Virus record (IMG/VR): IMGVR_UViG_3300000176_000001
Direction: 5' to 3' (one strand)
From: a virus
DNA: 64,000 bases
Shown here: positions 40,002 to 50,022 of the stretch, in pieces
How positions within the stretch are numbered: position 1 is the first letter of the stretch
Layout of the letters: each line of letters opens with the position of its first letter
Made by a program: the position numbers and the translations under genes
Notes under the pieces: generated by a model
Told to the model about the DNA's origin: nothing
The model's input: the letters and a program-made list of their open reading frames with translations, nothing else
Database searches by the model: none

Positions 40002-41824
40002 CTGTATGGTATCACTGTTGTATTGATGTTTCCAGTATCTATTTCTACGATATTATTAAATTTAGAGAACACATCACCGGCACTAGGGCTAGCAGTCACT
40101 CTTATTCCAGGGCTAGTAAGAACTTCTATAACATTTAAATTCTTAACCGTTATTATTCCAGAAGAATAATCAACGCTTCCAACAACCAAATAATTTTCTA
40201 TATTATTTGTCGTTATCTGCTTTAGATATATTATTGGGTTTTTATTAATTACTATATATTGAGTAATATTATTGTCTCTAATAAAAGTATCGTTTTTAGG
40301 ACTATAGTCGGTTAATATATAAGAGTTACCATCTGAAGATAAAAACGGAGTACTGGTTATTGTCCCCGGTTGTAGAGGATTATTAAGATTTATTGTGACG
40401 GTCTGCGCACTGCCCAATTCTGGTGAAAAGTCTTTATATATTTGTAGACTTACTTGATTACTGATAACGCTTGGATCAGAATTGTTAATAGACGATATTA
40501 ATGTTGATAGTCTTAACACATCATTGAATTTTTTTAGATTTACATCATTGTAAGATTTTATAGTATTATTAATGATAGTAGTTATTTGTGCAGTAGTTAA
40601 AGATGTAGAACTAAAATTAATAGTGGCTGTAGTATTTACAATAACATAGACATATTCGGGCTCTACTATTTCATTTCTTATATTGATAATCTTCTTTGTA
40701 GATAAGAAATTTAATAAATCTGTCTGTCTTTCACTTGATAAGTGAGCACCGGAGTAAGTGGATGGAGATATAAACACAGTTCCATATTTTGTATTATTTG
40801 GTGCAGTTTCTCCGCCATAAACATTAACATCTTCGATATCTGGGAAGTTATCTAATATAAGAGTCATATAGTCATTGACAGTTACTGCTCTATCTTGAGA
40901 TTGATAAGATTTAGGTGCTCTAAATCTAATACTCTCTATATTTTCTGCCATAGCTCCATCTGATGCATATATGGCTGTAACGACTGTAGATATAGCATTT
41001 CCACCATTGTATCCGCCAAGATCTCTGTCCAATAAAAAGTTTTTGATTCCACCACCAGCAGTTCCAAGCGTAACCCTATATGTAGCTAAAACAGTAGACC
41101 CGCTTAGCGGCTTTCTACCAAAGACACCATCTCCGAATACTATCTCATACTGATTTCCAGATGTCGCTTGTAAGAAATACACATTAGAAGTATTAGTTAA
41201 ATCATATATCTTACCGGCTTGTGTGAATAAAGAAACATTAGCCCCTGTATTCTCAATTACTTGAACAGTGAGACTGTTCGTGTCTATAGTTGGATTTGAT
41301 AGTATAAATCTCTGATTATCTATAGTATAGTCCATTACATAAGACTCATTAATATATGTTCCCTCATAAATCGATACATTTGAGAATACGAATGTATTAG
41401 ATGTAGATGATACTATTAGATTTTGATCAGTAGTAAAAATAAAGGATCCATTTGAGTTAGTTCCGGAGAATGGTGTCCCCTTTGGAATCTCAAATAATCC
41501 TGAGTTTATTCCAGAAGTATTAAATGTAATATCTACTTTAGCTTCTGGAGATTTACTAGAGTATGGCGTATAATTTAATTCCTTAGCATGGCTTATAACA
41601 GAGTCTCTTAATTGAGCAGTGTCAAGAAAAGACTCGCTGATAGCCATATTCAGATAAAAACTATTTAGGTAAGTGTTATAAGACAAGATATCTAATAAAA
41701 CATTCATGTTTGAGCCGTCAAAGTCATAGTCTTTAAACGTTGACTGAGACTTGAGATATGACTTAAGATTGCTCTTGAGAGTATCAAAGTCCAATGATGT
41801 TAGATTTATAGAACTGTTGGCCAT
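39998..41824 (-). CDS. gp6: Baseplate wedge subunit gp6
   Basis: LDFDTLK..LK..LKSQ..FKDYDFDGSNM..LLDILSYNT; FGDGVFG; SQDRAVT..DY. Confidence 0.95.
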   Translation of the reverse strand: MANSSINLTSLDFDTLKSNLKSYLKSQSTFKDYDFDGSNMNVLLDILSYNTYLNSFYLNMAISESFLDTAQLRDSVISHAKELNYTPYSSKSPEAKVDITFNTSGINSGLFEIPKGTPFSGTNSNGSFIFTTDQNLIVSSTSNTFVFSNVSIYEGTYINESYVMDYTIDNQRFILSNPTIDTNSLTVQVIENTGANVSLFTQAGKIYDLTNTSNVYFLQATSGNQYEIVFGDGVFGRKPLSGSTVLATYRVTLGTAGGGIKNFLLDRDLGGYNGGNAISTVVTAIYASDGAMAENIESIRFRAPKSYQSQDRAVTVNDYMTLILDNFPDIEDVNVYGGETAPNNTKYGTVFISPSTYSGAHLSSERQTDLLNFLSTKKIINIRNEIVEPEYVYVIVNTTATINFSSTSLTTAQITTIINNTIKSYNDVNLKKFNDVLRLSTLISSINNSDPSVISNQVSLQIYKDFSPELGSAQTVTINLNNPLQPGTITSTPFLSSDGNSYILTDYSPKNDTFIRDNNITQYIVINKNPIIYLKQITTNNIENYLVVGSVDYSSGIITVKNLNVIEVLTSPGIRVTASPSAGDVFSKFNNIVEIDTGNINTTVIPYR

Positions 41825-42244
41825 TTATCTTACTCTTCTTAGAATTACATCTAGAGACACCGGTTTATTACTATTTATTAGAGAAAATATGACATTAACA
41901 ACCATAGTATTCCTATCTACTCCAGGATAAACAGTAACACTAAGAAGATTTGCCCTGGGTTCATGATAAGTTATGACATTCTTGACCGCTCTTTGTAGCG
42001 ATGAAGCTGCAATCTGGTCAAGAGGCTCGAAAAGAGCCCTATAAACATCAGAACCAAGATTTGGCTGGAACATTCTCTCGCCCATATTGGTCGTTATAAG
42101 ATTCATTATTGATCTTCTAACTGCTGCCTCATTACTGATCTTTCCTAGAGCACCAGTCATTGGATTTGAGTCTAGATTTACTAAAAAATCACTGTATATC
42201 TCTCTAGTTCCACTTAGTGGTGTAAATGTATCTGCTCTTGACAT
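41825..42244 (-). CDS. gp25: Baseplate wedge subunit gp25
   Basis: AVRRSIMNLITTNMGERMFQPNLGS...HEPR. Confidence 0.93.
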   Translation of the reverse strand: MSRADTFTPLSGTREIYSDFLVNLDSNPMTGALGKISNEAAVRRSIMNLITTNMGERMFQPNLGSDVYRALFEPLDQIAASSLQRAVKNVITYHEPRANLLSVTVYPGVDRNTMVVNVIFSLINSNKPVSLDVILRRVR

Positions 42245-42252
42245 CTGAATTC

Positions 42253-42552
42253 CTATGCTACGTCGACAAAACTATCAGATCCGGTGGCTATCGGATCATC
42301 GTGAGAGGTAACACCACCATCAATAATATCAGGAGACATACCATCTGGGTCAGCATGGTCTCCAACCAATATAACATAGATTCCACCAATAGTTATATAT
42401 GATTGTGAGTGGTGCAGTGCACCACCACGGTCAGTATTATCATCGCCATCCACTGACCAAAGTTTTCCGTCTATAGTAACAAAATCTTGGCCAGCTACTA
42501 TAGTAGTTGCTCCACACGCTCTTGCATCACCGTCTCTGTGTGCAAAAGACAT
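42253..42552 (-). CDS. PAAR-like spike tip protein (gp5.4-like)
   Basis: HRDGD..ACGA, VDGD, VGD repeats, ending ATGSDSFV; lies between gp5 and gp25. Confidence 0.75.
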   Translation of the reverse strand: MSFAHRDGDARACGATTIVAGQDFVTIDGKLWSVDGDDNTDRGGALHHSQSYITIGGIYVILVGDHADPDGMSPDIIDGGVTSHDDPIATGSDSFVDVA

Positions 42553-42554
42553 TG

Positions 42555-43286
42555 TTAACTAGCCTTAACAAAGCTAACAGCAATAGCCGTTATTGTTATA
42601 CCATTTTGATCCATCACTATAGTGTTCTTTCCCACCTTTAAAGTTATCTTCTCAACACTTCTAATCGTTATAGGGTGAAGAGTCTTAAGATTATATTCAC
42701 CATTTGTCACTTCAATATTCATATTACCAGATTGAAGCTGTATACCATGGTCACCTTTTGCAACAACTAAACCATGATTACCCTCAACATGAGATATATG
42801 ATCATTACTCACATTAGTGTGAATGCTTCCATCATGATCTATTATATGATCTCCTGAGGTTATATGGTGATGATCGCCATCTGCCGTGTGATTTACTACC
42901 GTCTCATTTGTTGTAGAAACAACATGACCTGCTATAGCATTATAGTGATTACCACCTTTCTCTTCATGATGATCACCCTCTGTCTGCTCTCTATGATTTC
43001 CACCAGTAGTCCTATCATGATGACCAGCAACAGTGTGGCTCATCCCATCAGCTAAGTTATGAAATACTTTTCCAAGAGTAGCTAATACCTCTCTTCCAAT
43101 CCCGCCGTCCGGACTATTTCCAACTTCCCTATGACCACCGCCAGCAAAGAATTCTCTAAAAGTCTCATGATCTGGTGTATGATCCTCATATCTACCACTC
43201 CCATCAGGATGCATGGTCACTTTAGCATATGGATATTGAGAAGCAATTTGAGAGTCTGGGTATCTCTTATTATTTACGTCTGCCAT
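42555..43286 (-). CDS. gp5 C-terminal beta-helix spike, encoded as a separate gene
   Basis: SQYPYAKVT...EDHTPDHE start typical of the gp5 C-terminal region; 8-residue repeats; ITLKVGKNTIVMDQNGITI tip. Confidence 0.75.
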   Translation of the reverse strand: MADVNNKRYPDSQIASQYPYAKVTMHPDGSGRYEDHTPDHETFREFFAGGGHREVGNSPDGGIGREVLATLGKVFHNLADGMSHTVAGHHDRTTGGNHREQTEGDHHEEKGGNHYNAIAGHVVSTTNETVVNHTADGDHHHITSGDHIIDHDGSIHTNVSNDHISHVEGNHGLVVAKGDHGIQLQSGNMNIEVTNGEYNLKTLHPITIRSVEKITLKVGKNTIVMDQNGITITAIAVSFVKAS

Positions 43287-44905
43287 TATCGTGAAACCTT
43301 TACCTGATACGTGGTCCCATCAGAGAGCGGAACTGATTCCGTAATAGATGATAAATTTGGCATAGAATCTAGTTTAGCCAATGCATATTGTTTAGCAGCA
43401 TCGATAGCTTCAGAATCCTGTTGATCTGCAGTTTTATTATATACTTCATTTAGAGCTTTCTTCTTCATAGCTAATATAGACTGCTTATGCGCATAGTTAT
43501 TCATAGATGAAGAAAATCCAGATGATAAAACAGAGTCTGCCATGCTACCAACAAATGATTGTATATTTAAACCTCTTCCTCCGAGTAACTTAGTTGCTAA
43601 AGATAACATATTTCCTACTGATGCTCCTGAGCCCATTATCTTAGATAAGCCCATATCAGATATAGAAGACTTAGTGCCATTCATTAATGTAGATAACGCT
43701 ATACCTAGTGCTACACCAGTTAAACCCTGATTCATAATAACACCCAATCCAGAACCCATAAGATTTCCATGATGAGCCGTTATGTGCTGTTGAGGAGAAC
43801 TATAATTAGGCTCCCCGTTTCTGAGTGTATACAGAAAATCACCCGCTTGTCCTTTCCACTGTATATATCCAGGATAAGGATCATTTTCTATAGAGTAGTA
43901 TTGTTGAACATATAACGGTGGTATAACTGAAACAATCGAATTAATAAAAGGTCTCGGCGAATTATTAGTAATCACATTAGCTAGTGGACTAATTATTTTA
44001 GGTAATATACCACCGTTTCCAGCAGCAGATAATAATAGTCCATTCATTACCGATCTTATTATCGATTGATAATTACCCGATATCGCTCCTGATAAAAGTG
44101 ATCCAGATAACATACTTAGAGTAGGGCTTAAACCTACGCTAGATGCTAATAAACTAAATGCTCTAGTCATAGATTCTTGTAATAAATTATTAATGCCTTT
44201 TGGGCTAGCCATCTGCATAATATCCCTAACAGATGATACATTAGTTGTAGCATTAGGGAGTACCGTAGATCGAAATTGTGGGTCTACCTGTTTAATATGA
44301 TCTAATACGTTACCTTTATCCTTTGGATCTACTGAAGCTGTAGTAGGCACATCAGGCTTATGTAATTTTGCCTTAACATCTTTCGTTATATTAGAGCCTC
44401 TAGTATTAGGTGTCGAAGGATTAGGACCCCCATTATTTGTAAGACTGTCATATATCTTCTCAGTAAGAGCTCTACCAAGAAATAATTTATTGAAGGCGTT
44501 ATTATCTAACACGTCATCCGACTGGCTAAGAGATGGTATACTTCCACCATTCTTATAGTCTATTGATATTGCTCCATCCTCAATGGGTCCACCGTCGGCA
44601 TCTCCACCTTTACCAAATGAGCCGAGTACTATTGGGTACTGCTGGTCTTTATCGGCGTACATCCCTAATACGTGTGAGCCAGGTAAAAGGCCTAACGGTG
44701 ATGTTCCTATTCTTCCGACTGCTGCGCTAGTGATAGGTTGCATAGGCATTGCCCATGGTAGAGAGTCATCTGGAAAGTTATTAATATCGTCGTGGCGACC
44801 TATTATTCTTACACGCACGCGCCCGGATAGATATGGGTCGTCCTTTACATTAACGACTTTGCCAACCCACCATGAGAAATTGCTACCTAGATTAGTTTCT
44901 GTCAT
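43286..44905 (-). CDS. gp5: gp5 N-terminal OB-fold hub protein (no recognisable lysozyme domain)
   Basis: FSWWVGKVVN..DDP..SGRVRVRIIGRH...LPWAMPMQP...GSHVLG...QQYPIVLGS. Confidence 0.85.
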   Translation of the reverse strand: MTETNLGSNFSWWVGKVVNVKDDPYLSGRVRVRIIGRHDDINNFPDDSLPWAMPMQPITSAAVGRIGTSPLGLLPGSHVLGMYADKDQQYPIVLGSFGKGGDADGGPIEDGAISIDYKNGGSIPSLSQSDDVLDNNAFNKLFLGRALTEKIYDSLTNNGGPNPSTPNTRGSNITKDVKAKLHKPDVPTTASVDPKDKGNVLDHIKQVDPQFRSTVLPNATTNVSSVRDIMQMASPKGINNLLQESMTRAFSLLASSVGLSPTLSMLSGSLLSGAISGNYQSIIRSVMNGLLLSAAGNGGILPKIISPLANVITNNSPRPFINSIVSVIPPLYVQQYYSIENDPYPGYIQWKGQAGDFLYTLRNGEPNYSSPQQHITAHHGNLMGSGLGVIMNQGLTGVALGIALSTLMNGTKSSISDMGLSKIMGSGASVGNMLSLATKLLGGRGLNIQSFVGSMADSVLSSGFSSSMNNYAHKQSILAMKKKALNEVYNKTADQQDSEAIDAAKQYALAKLDSMPNLSSITESVPLSDGTTYQVKVSR

Positions 44906-46134
44906 TGTACACCAGTCTCTATATTACCCTTAATGCACTCTATAACACAAGTATATCTAGGAGACTCAGAGACCAATCCTATATCATGGTGTATTCTAGA
45001 AACTAGGAATTTACCAGATAGCTGTGAATCATTTTTCTTATTATCAGTCGTGCTAGATCTTGTTGGTATATTTAAGGTTATTACGTCACCTGCTTTTATA
45101 GCAAGATCCCCATAAGTTCTAATCTTTATCGAGTTTTGCGATAGTGTTGAGAGGTATGAGTTTCTATCTTGAATCTTTTCGGGTATGTGTGTGACTGCCC
45201 TCTTATAGTTATCGGTTGGCACAAATAGTTGAGGAAGATTCTTTGCAGCATTTATAAACTTATCAAAGACATCAGCTGATATCATATTTCCGGTACCACC
45301 GGTCGTATAGTCTGTTGGATTCGATACTATTCTCTTTTTAGTATATTGCCAAGTTGTATAGTCAAACTCGATGACATCGGATGCGGCTTTCTTTATTCTC
45401 TCCATCGTATTAAAGTGGGTCGGTATCTCTATAGCTATAATCTGATTATCCGTTTGATTATAGATGCTACTGTTAATAGCGTCAGATTGCTGGAATGTCT
45501 TGACCGAGTCACCTTTAAAAAGATTCTCTATAGTAGAGAATTTAAAAACAGTTTCAGAGTCCTGTCTTGTCTCGAAGAAGACAAAGAGAGATGACTTATT
45601 CTCGGCAGACATAGCTCTTTTTCTAATCATAGCTATCGCTTCATGAGCAGACATACCACCATTTAATGATAAGTGTTGGTTTCCTTGAGTATCTTCAACT
45701 ATGAGGTTTTTTGTGCTGTGTAGTAAGTCTTTATGTATCTGCTGAACAAGATTTGATATCTGAGTGTCTGCACTCTTAATTGTCGTATTGATATGCCCAT
45801 GAATGACCTCGTCGGATACCATTTTTAGCATATACATCTTAGACTTCATCGACGCTGTAGCACCAACAGTGTTGTCGTTTTGCATAACAGTAAACTTATA
45901 GTTTGCTTTGACTCCACCAGGGATTCCTAAAGATATAGACACAGGCTCTCCACCTACTATCTTATGTATTCCTACCTGATCATCGGTGTCAAGTACCTTA
46001 ACATACATAACTATTCCAGGAGTAAAAATGCTCTCGTAGATAGAAGCGCTCACAAATGAGTAAGTCAGGTCTAGTGTTCCTGAAGCAGTCTTTATAGTAA
46101 AAGAACTTACTTGAATATCGCCCGGATTACTCAT
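44902..46134 (-). CDS. Baseplate hub protein (gp27-like)
   Basis: IYESIF, FVFFET, GD..IKAGDVI.L, SGKFLVSRIHH; lies between gp53 and gp5. Confidence 0.65.
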   Translation of the reverse strand: MSNPGDIQVSSFTIKTASGTLDLTYSFVSASIYESIFTPGIVMYVKVLDTDDQVGIHKIVGGEPVSISLGIPGGVKANYKFTVMQNDNTVGATASMKSKMYMLKMVSDEVIHGHINTTIKSADTQISNLVQQIHKDLLHSTKNLIVEDTQGNQHLSLNGGMSAHEAIAMIRKRAMSAENKSSLFVFFETRQDSETVFKFSTIENLFKGDSVKTFQQSDAINSSIYNQTDNQIIAIEIPTHFNTMERIKKAASDVIEFDYTTWQYTKKRIVSNPTDYTTGGTGNMISADVFDKFINAAKNLPQLFVPTDNYKRAVTHIPEKIQDRNSYLSTLSQNSIKIRTYGDLAIKAGDVITLNIPTRSSTTDNKKNDSQLSGKFLVSRIHHDIGLVSESPRYTCVIECIKGNIETGVQ

Positions 46135-47015
46135 AACAGTTTCGTTAGGCTCTCAGATACTTGCATGGAAAGTCCCCTATCAAGGACCTTAATACTCTTC
46201 TTACTCTCATTTTGTATCCTCTCATAATCATAGATACTAATTGGATCCCAATAGATCTCTTCTCCAACAACTATATTATTTGCCAAGCTAGTCGCTGCAT
46301 TAAATACAACATTAGCCCCACTCTCCGTACCATAAACATATGGAGAAGAATAACCAGGACTAAAAAATACATAACCGCTTAAATGTTGTAAAACAACATG
46401 TGAACTATTAGAACTGGCTACTTGTCCTTTTCCAATATGTGTATTACTATAGTGTACTGATACTATCTCATTTACAATAAAATTATTTGGAGTTTCATCA
46501 AGATAAGTATAACTAATTATATTATTAGTTTTAATAGTCCAATCATTACGCTTTCTAGTATAAGAAACTATGTTTCCAAAATCATCGTAAACTTCTTGCC
46601 AATATCGATGATGATTATATGGTAAGGCATTATAGTCAGATATAGTTATCCTAGACTCATTATACCAATTATTCTTATAATAGTAAACCTTATTTTTTAA
46701 AGTCGATATATTAATATTAGTGCCTAGATTATATTTTTTAACTAGATAAGAATTAAATGTATCTTCGGGTAAGTACCACTCATAATATGGGTCAACTATT
46801 TGATTTGAGAGATACAGAAGCCAATCCATATATTGATCATTATAATAGAAGTCGGCAATTTGATCTGGCCTTTCACCTTCCTTTATCTCATAATTATAGT
46901 ATATGTACGGATTATTGATAACACTATTAGTTAATTTAGCGCGCTCGATAATATTAACAACTATATTGTTTGCATATTGTGTTAATGGAAACTTTGAAAA
47001 GTATTTTTCAGACAT
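46131..47015 (-). CDS. gp53: Baseplate wedge subunit gp53
   Basis: YFSKFP...YEIKEGERPDQIA..YY....DWL....N.IVDPYYEW...YDYE...NESKKSIKVL. Confidence 0.9.
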   Translation of the reverse strand: MSEKYFSKFPLTQYANNIVVNIIERAKLTNSVINNPYIYYNYEIKEGERPDQIADFYYNDQYMDWLLYLSNQIVDPYYEWYLPEDTFNSYLVKKYNLGTNINISTLKNKVYYYKNNWYNESRITISDYNALPYNHHRYWQEVYDDFGNIVSYTRKRNDWTIKTNNIISYTYLDETPNNFIVNEIVSVHYSNTHIGKGQVASSNSSHVVLQHLSGYVFFSPGYSSPYVYGTESGANVVFNAATSLANNIVVGEEIYWDPISIYDYERIQNESKKSIKVLDRGLSMQVSESLTKLL

Positions 47016-47020
47016 CTGTA

Positions 47021-48106
47021 TTAACCTTGTGAACCATATGGTGTAACTTGGTCATCCGGAGAAGGTGTAACTTGAGCTGGTGGTGGTTGTATTACAGGAC
47101 CTCCTGGTCCAGCGGATCTTCCAGGGCCACCACCAGCACTAAATGAGTCTGCCTGACCTCTTAGCCCACCCTGTGTTCCTGTAGGATCAAGTATGTCTTC
47201 TTTCATGAAGAACTCAATTTCTTGTAGAGTAACACTTAAGATTACCTGTGTCGGTGCAGGAATAGTTCTAAAGAATGATGGCCCCGATGGAGCAAAGTTT
47301 ATAGCTAGATCCTTTACAACACACATCTTAAAATCATATAGATACCCAGTTGGATATAATGTCACTATAGCCATGTCAGGATAAGTTAGTAATATACCAC
47401 CGCTTGCTGGAGCAAAACTAGGTAGCATATGTGACTTAAACGACAGTATTATATTCTTTAGTGTCTCTGTCTCAGACTCATTTCTAGGAGCCAGTGTCCA
47501 CTCAAACGTGTGTGACTTAAATTGTGGACTCTGATATAACATTGTCATAAATGGATTCTGCGCAAGACCAAATGTTTGTAGACCTTGTGCTGTTGCACCT
47601 TGTGCTAGTCCATCTAATAGATTTTTAGTAGCACCTGTTGCGGCTCCGGCAGCAAGCTTTTGGCCAACATCAACTAAATCACCCGAAAAATTACCAGTAT
47701 CATATCCTTTAGTCGCTGAGTCTGGGTTATTCTTTAAAAACTGCTCTATACCAGCTCCAAGTGCAGGATTATTTGCATTATCAAACTGATGCCAATTGGC
47801 ACCAGTTTGATCTCTTAAGTTGTTTGGTATAGGTAGTTGTATTCCACCCTGTGCCTGTAATATAGGCTGATCGAATATAGATCTTCTCTGATACTTTTGG
47901 AATTGTATGTCTATATAGAAATTTCTACCAATATCATCTGCTACCAGATCCTCAGGAAAAGTTAAGTTTTGTCCAGCAAACATGTCCCTATTAACTACAG
48001 CATTTGGGTCGTTTGCTTTGGCACTTATGACATTTTTTGCGCCATAAGCTGTAGCACCTACTGCGCCAGCAGCAGCCCCAAACTTTAAAAGATCTGATAT
48101 GGCCAT
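47021..48106 (-). CDS. gp48: Baseplate tail-tube cap gp48
   Basis: IQLPIP; NPFMTMLYQSPQFKSHTFEWTLAPRNESE; YPD. Confidence 0.85.
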   Translation of the reverse strand: MAISDLLKFGAAAGAVGATAYGAKNVISAKANDPNAVVNRDMFAGQNLTFPEDLVADDIGRNFYIDIQFQKYQRRSIFDQPILQAQGGIQLPIPNNLRDQTGANWHQFDNANNPALGAGIEQFLKNNPDSATKGYDTGNFSGDLVDVGQKLAAGAATGATKNLLDGLAQGATAQGLQTFGLAQNPFMTMLYQSPQFKSHTFEWTLAPRNESETETLKNIILSFKSHMLPSFAPASGGILLTYPDMAIVTLYPTGYLYDFKMCVVKDLAINFAPSGPSFFRTIPAPTQVILSVTLQEIEFFMKEDILDPTGTQGGLRGQADSFSAGGGPGRSAGPGGPVIQPPPAQVTPSPDDQVTPYGSQG

Positions 48107-48116
48107 ACTTTTACCT

Positions 48117-48145
48117 TATAAATAGCATTTGATAGTTTATTTATA
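48117..48145. promoter_or_regulatory. Pair of opposed late promoters: TATAAATA on + (48117-48124) and on - (48138-48145)
   Basis: Both exact matches in the short gap between the divergent gp48 and gp4 operons. Confidence 0.8.
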
Positions 48146-48163
48146 GACAAATTGGTCAATCTT

Positions 48164-48607
48164 ATGAAGACACACAAGGGATACTTTAAGCCTAAACATC
48201 CCGATAAATATAAGGGTGACCCGGCTAACATCATTTATAGGTCTAGCTGGGAGCTTAAATTGATGATGTATCTGGATAGTCATAAAGATATCATACAGTG
48301 GTCTTCTGAAGAGTTTTGTATACCATATAGGTCTCCCGTGGACGGGCGTATACATAGATACTTTCCAGACTTTTATGTTAAGAAGAAGAATTCTGATGGA
48401 AAGATCGAGATTGCTGTAATTGAAGTAAAGCCATCATCACAGACAGTTCCTCCAGTTGTACAAAAGAAAGCCACTAAGAGGTATATAAACGAGGTCTATA
48501 CTTGGGGAATAAATAATGCTAAGTGGGAGGCTGCAAAGGCATTCTGTGAGGACAGAAACTGGAGCTTCCATATCTTTACCGAGAGAGAGTTAAATATAAA
48601 CTTCTGA
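48164..48607 (+). CDS. gp4: Head completion nuclease gp4 (TnsA-like fold)
   Basis: KYKGDPANIIYRSSWE...WSSEE..IPY.SP.DG..HRYFPDF...IEVKP...NNAKWEAA; ATG 48164 preferred over TTG 48152. Confidence 0.93.
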   Translation: MKTHKGYFKPKHPDKYKGDPANIIYRSSWELKLMMYLDSHKDIIQWSSEEFCIPYRSPVDGRIHRYFPDFYVKKKNSDGKIEIAVIEVKPSSQTVPPVVQKKATKRYINEVYTWGINNAKWEAAKAFCEDRNWSFHIFTERELNINF

Positions 48608-49212
48608 TGGCAAATTATTTCACACAAATTGCAGCTGGTGGATCTGACTCCGGTATAACACCTAATCAGACTCAGGATGCCCGTGACTGGTACAGGAACT
48701 CGGCGAGCGATCTGTCTTCGCGTAATGTAAAGCCAGAGAGACTAATGACCGACAAGGATAATGTCGTCAATAAGATCGATATTAAGTCGATCGGTAAGAT
48801 GTATATGTTCTTTTATGATCCAAAGCACAAAGATACTCTACCATTCTATGATACGTTTCCATTGGTATTTCCAATTGGATTTAAGTCGGATGGATTCTTG
48901 GGGATTAACCTTCACTATTTGCCTCCTATGTTGAGGGCAAAGCTAATGGATGCATTATACCAAACTGCTAATAACAAGAAGTATGACGACTCGACTAAAT
49001 TGAGAATATCTTATGAGATCTTACAGAGCTCATCAAAGTTTAAGCACTTTGCACCTTGCTTGAAGCATTATTTGTGGGATCACGTGCAGGGCAATAAATA
49101 CCTATATGTGCAGCCTAAGAATTGGGACACTGCACTGATGCTACCGCTTCAGAGATTTAAGAAATCAACTGTGGCGAGCATTTACAAAGACTCTCTCAGT
49201 AAGGTAAGATAA
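48607..49212 (+). CDS. gp2: DNA end protector gp2
   Basis: GKMYMFFYDPKHKDTLPFYDTFPL...GFLGINLHYLPP..RA. Confidence 0.93.
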   Translation: MANYFTQIAAGGSDSGITPNQTQDARDWYRNSASDLSSRNVKPERLMTDKDNVVNKIDIKSIGKMYMFFYDPKHKDTLPFYDTFPLVFPIGFKSDGFLGINLHYLPPMLRAKLMDALYQTANNKKYDDSTKLRISYEILQSSSKFKHFAPCLKHYLWDHVQGNKYLYVQPKNWDTALMLPLQRFKKSTVASIYKDSLSKVR

Positions 49213-50000
49213 TGGCATTTAACATATCATCTTTTAACTCAAATATAGCTAGATATGGAGTATTGCAGAACAATAAGTTCTTCATAGTCATGTCATCGCC
49301 TCAATTAATCAGAGAGACTGTATGGAATAGGGGCGCAGGTATTGACGTTAATGGTATTGAGAGACTTATACAATTTAGAGCTGAGCAGGCAAGACTCCCA
49401 GGCGTTTTATTACAGACAAATGATGTAAGGAGATATGGCCTAGGTGTCAATGAAAAGATGCCTTTTAATGCCCAGTTTACAGACACCAGTTTTACATTCC
49501 TAGCTGATTCTAATGGATCAATCTATAGATATTTCTATGCTTGGATGACATCAGTTGTTGATTTTACAGGAACACTATTAAACTACTCTGTTCCAACTTA
49601 TACGACAAACTATAAAGATGATTATGTTAGTGACATCGATATATTTGTTTTTGATAACTATGGTCTATTAACAAAGCAAGTCACGTTCTATGACGCATTT
49701 CCTAATAGTCTAAATGATATTAACTTGGACTGGGGTAATAATAACTCACTGATGAAAGTGACAGTTGGATTTACATTTAAGAATTGGTCAGTAGATCAAG
49801 TGGACATCACTGGTGGAGGTGGTAGTATTAATTTTGACACTCTTGTAAGAGCATTCTCATCTCCATCATCAGCAGGATATGTTGTAGGAAGTGCATTAAC
49901 GAGTTTAATTAGTGGGTCATCAGATTATGGTTATAACACTGCATATAGCCAACGCGGTTCTTATGGATTTGCAGATCAAACACTAGATCCAAACTTTTAA
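49212..50000 (+). CDS. gp54: Baseplate tail-tube initiator gp54 (tail-tube fold)
   Basis: YKDDYV..I.I...DAFP......LDW......KVTVGFTF; synteny gp2-gp54-gp26. Confidence 0.75.
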   Translation: MAFNISSFNSNIARYGVLQNNKFFIVMSSPQLIRETVWNRGAGIDVNGIERLIQFRAEQARLPGVLLQTNDVRRYGLGVNEKMPFNAQFTDTSFTFLADSNGSIYRYFYAWMTSVVDFTGTLLNYSVPTYTTNYKDDYVSDIDIFVFDNYGLLTKQVTFYDAFPNSLNDINLDWGNNNSLMKVTVGFTFKNWSVDQVDITGGGGSINFDTLVRAFSSPSSAGYVVGSALTSLISGSSDYGYNTAYSQRGSYGFADQTLDPNF

Positions 50001-50022
50001 TTATATTTAACTGGAGTATATT

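Noticed and set aside
48164-48607. TnsA-like nuclease as a transposon marker
   Set aside because: It is the core head-completion gene gp4 in normal synteny
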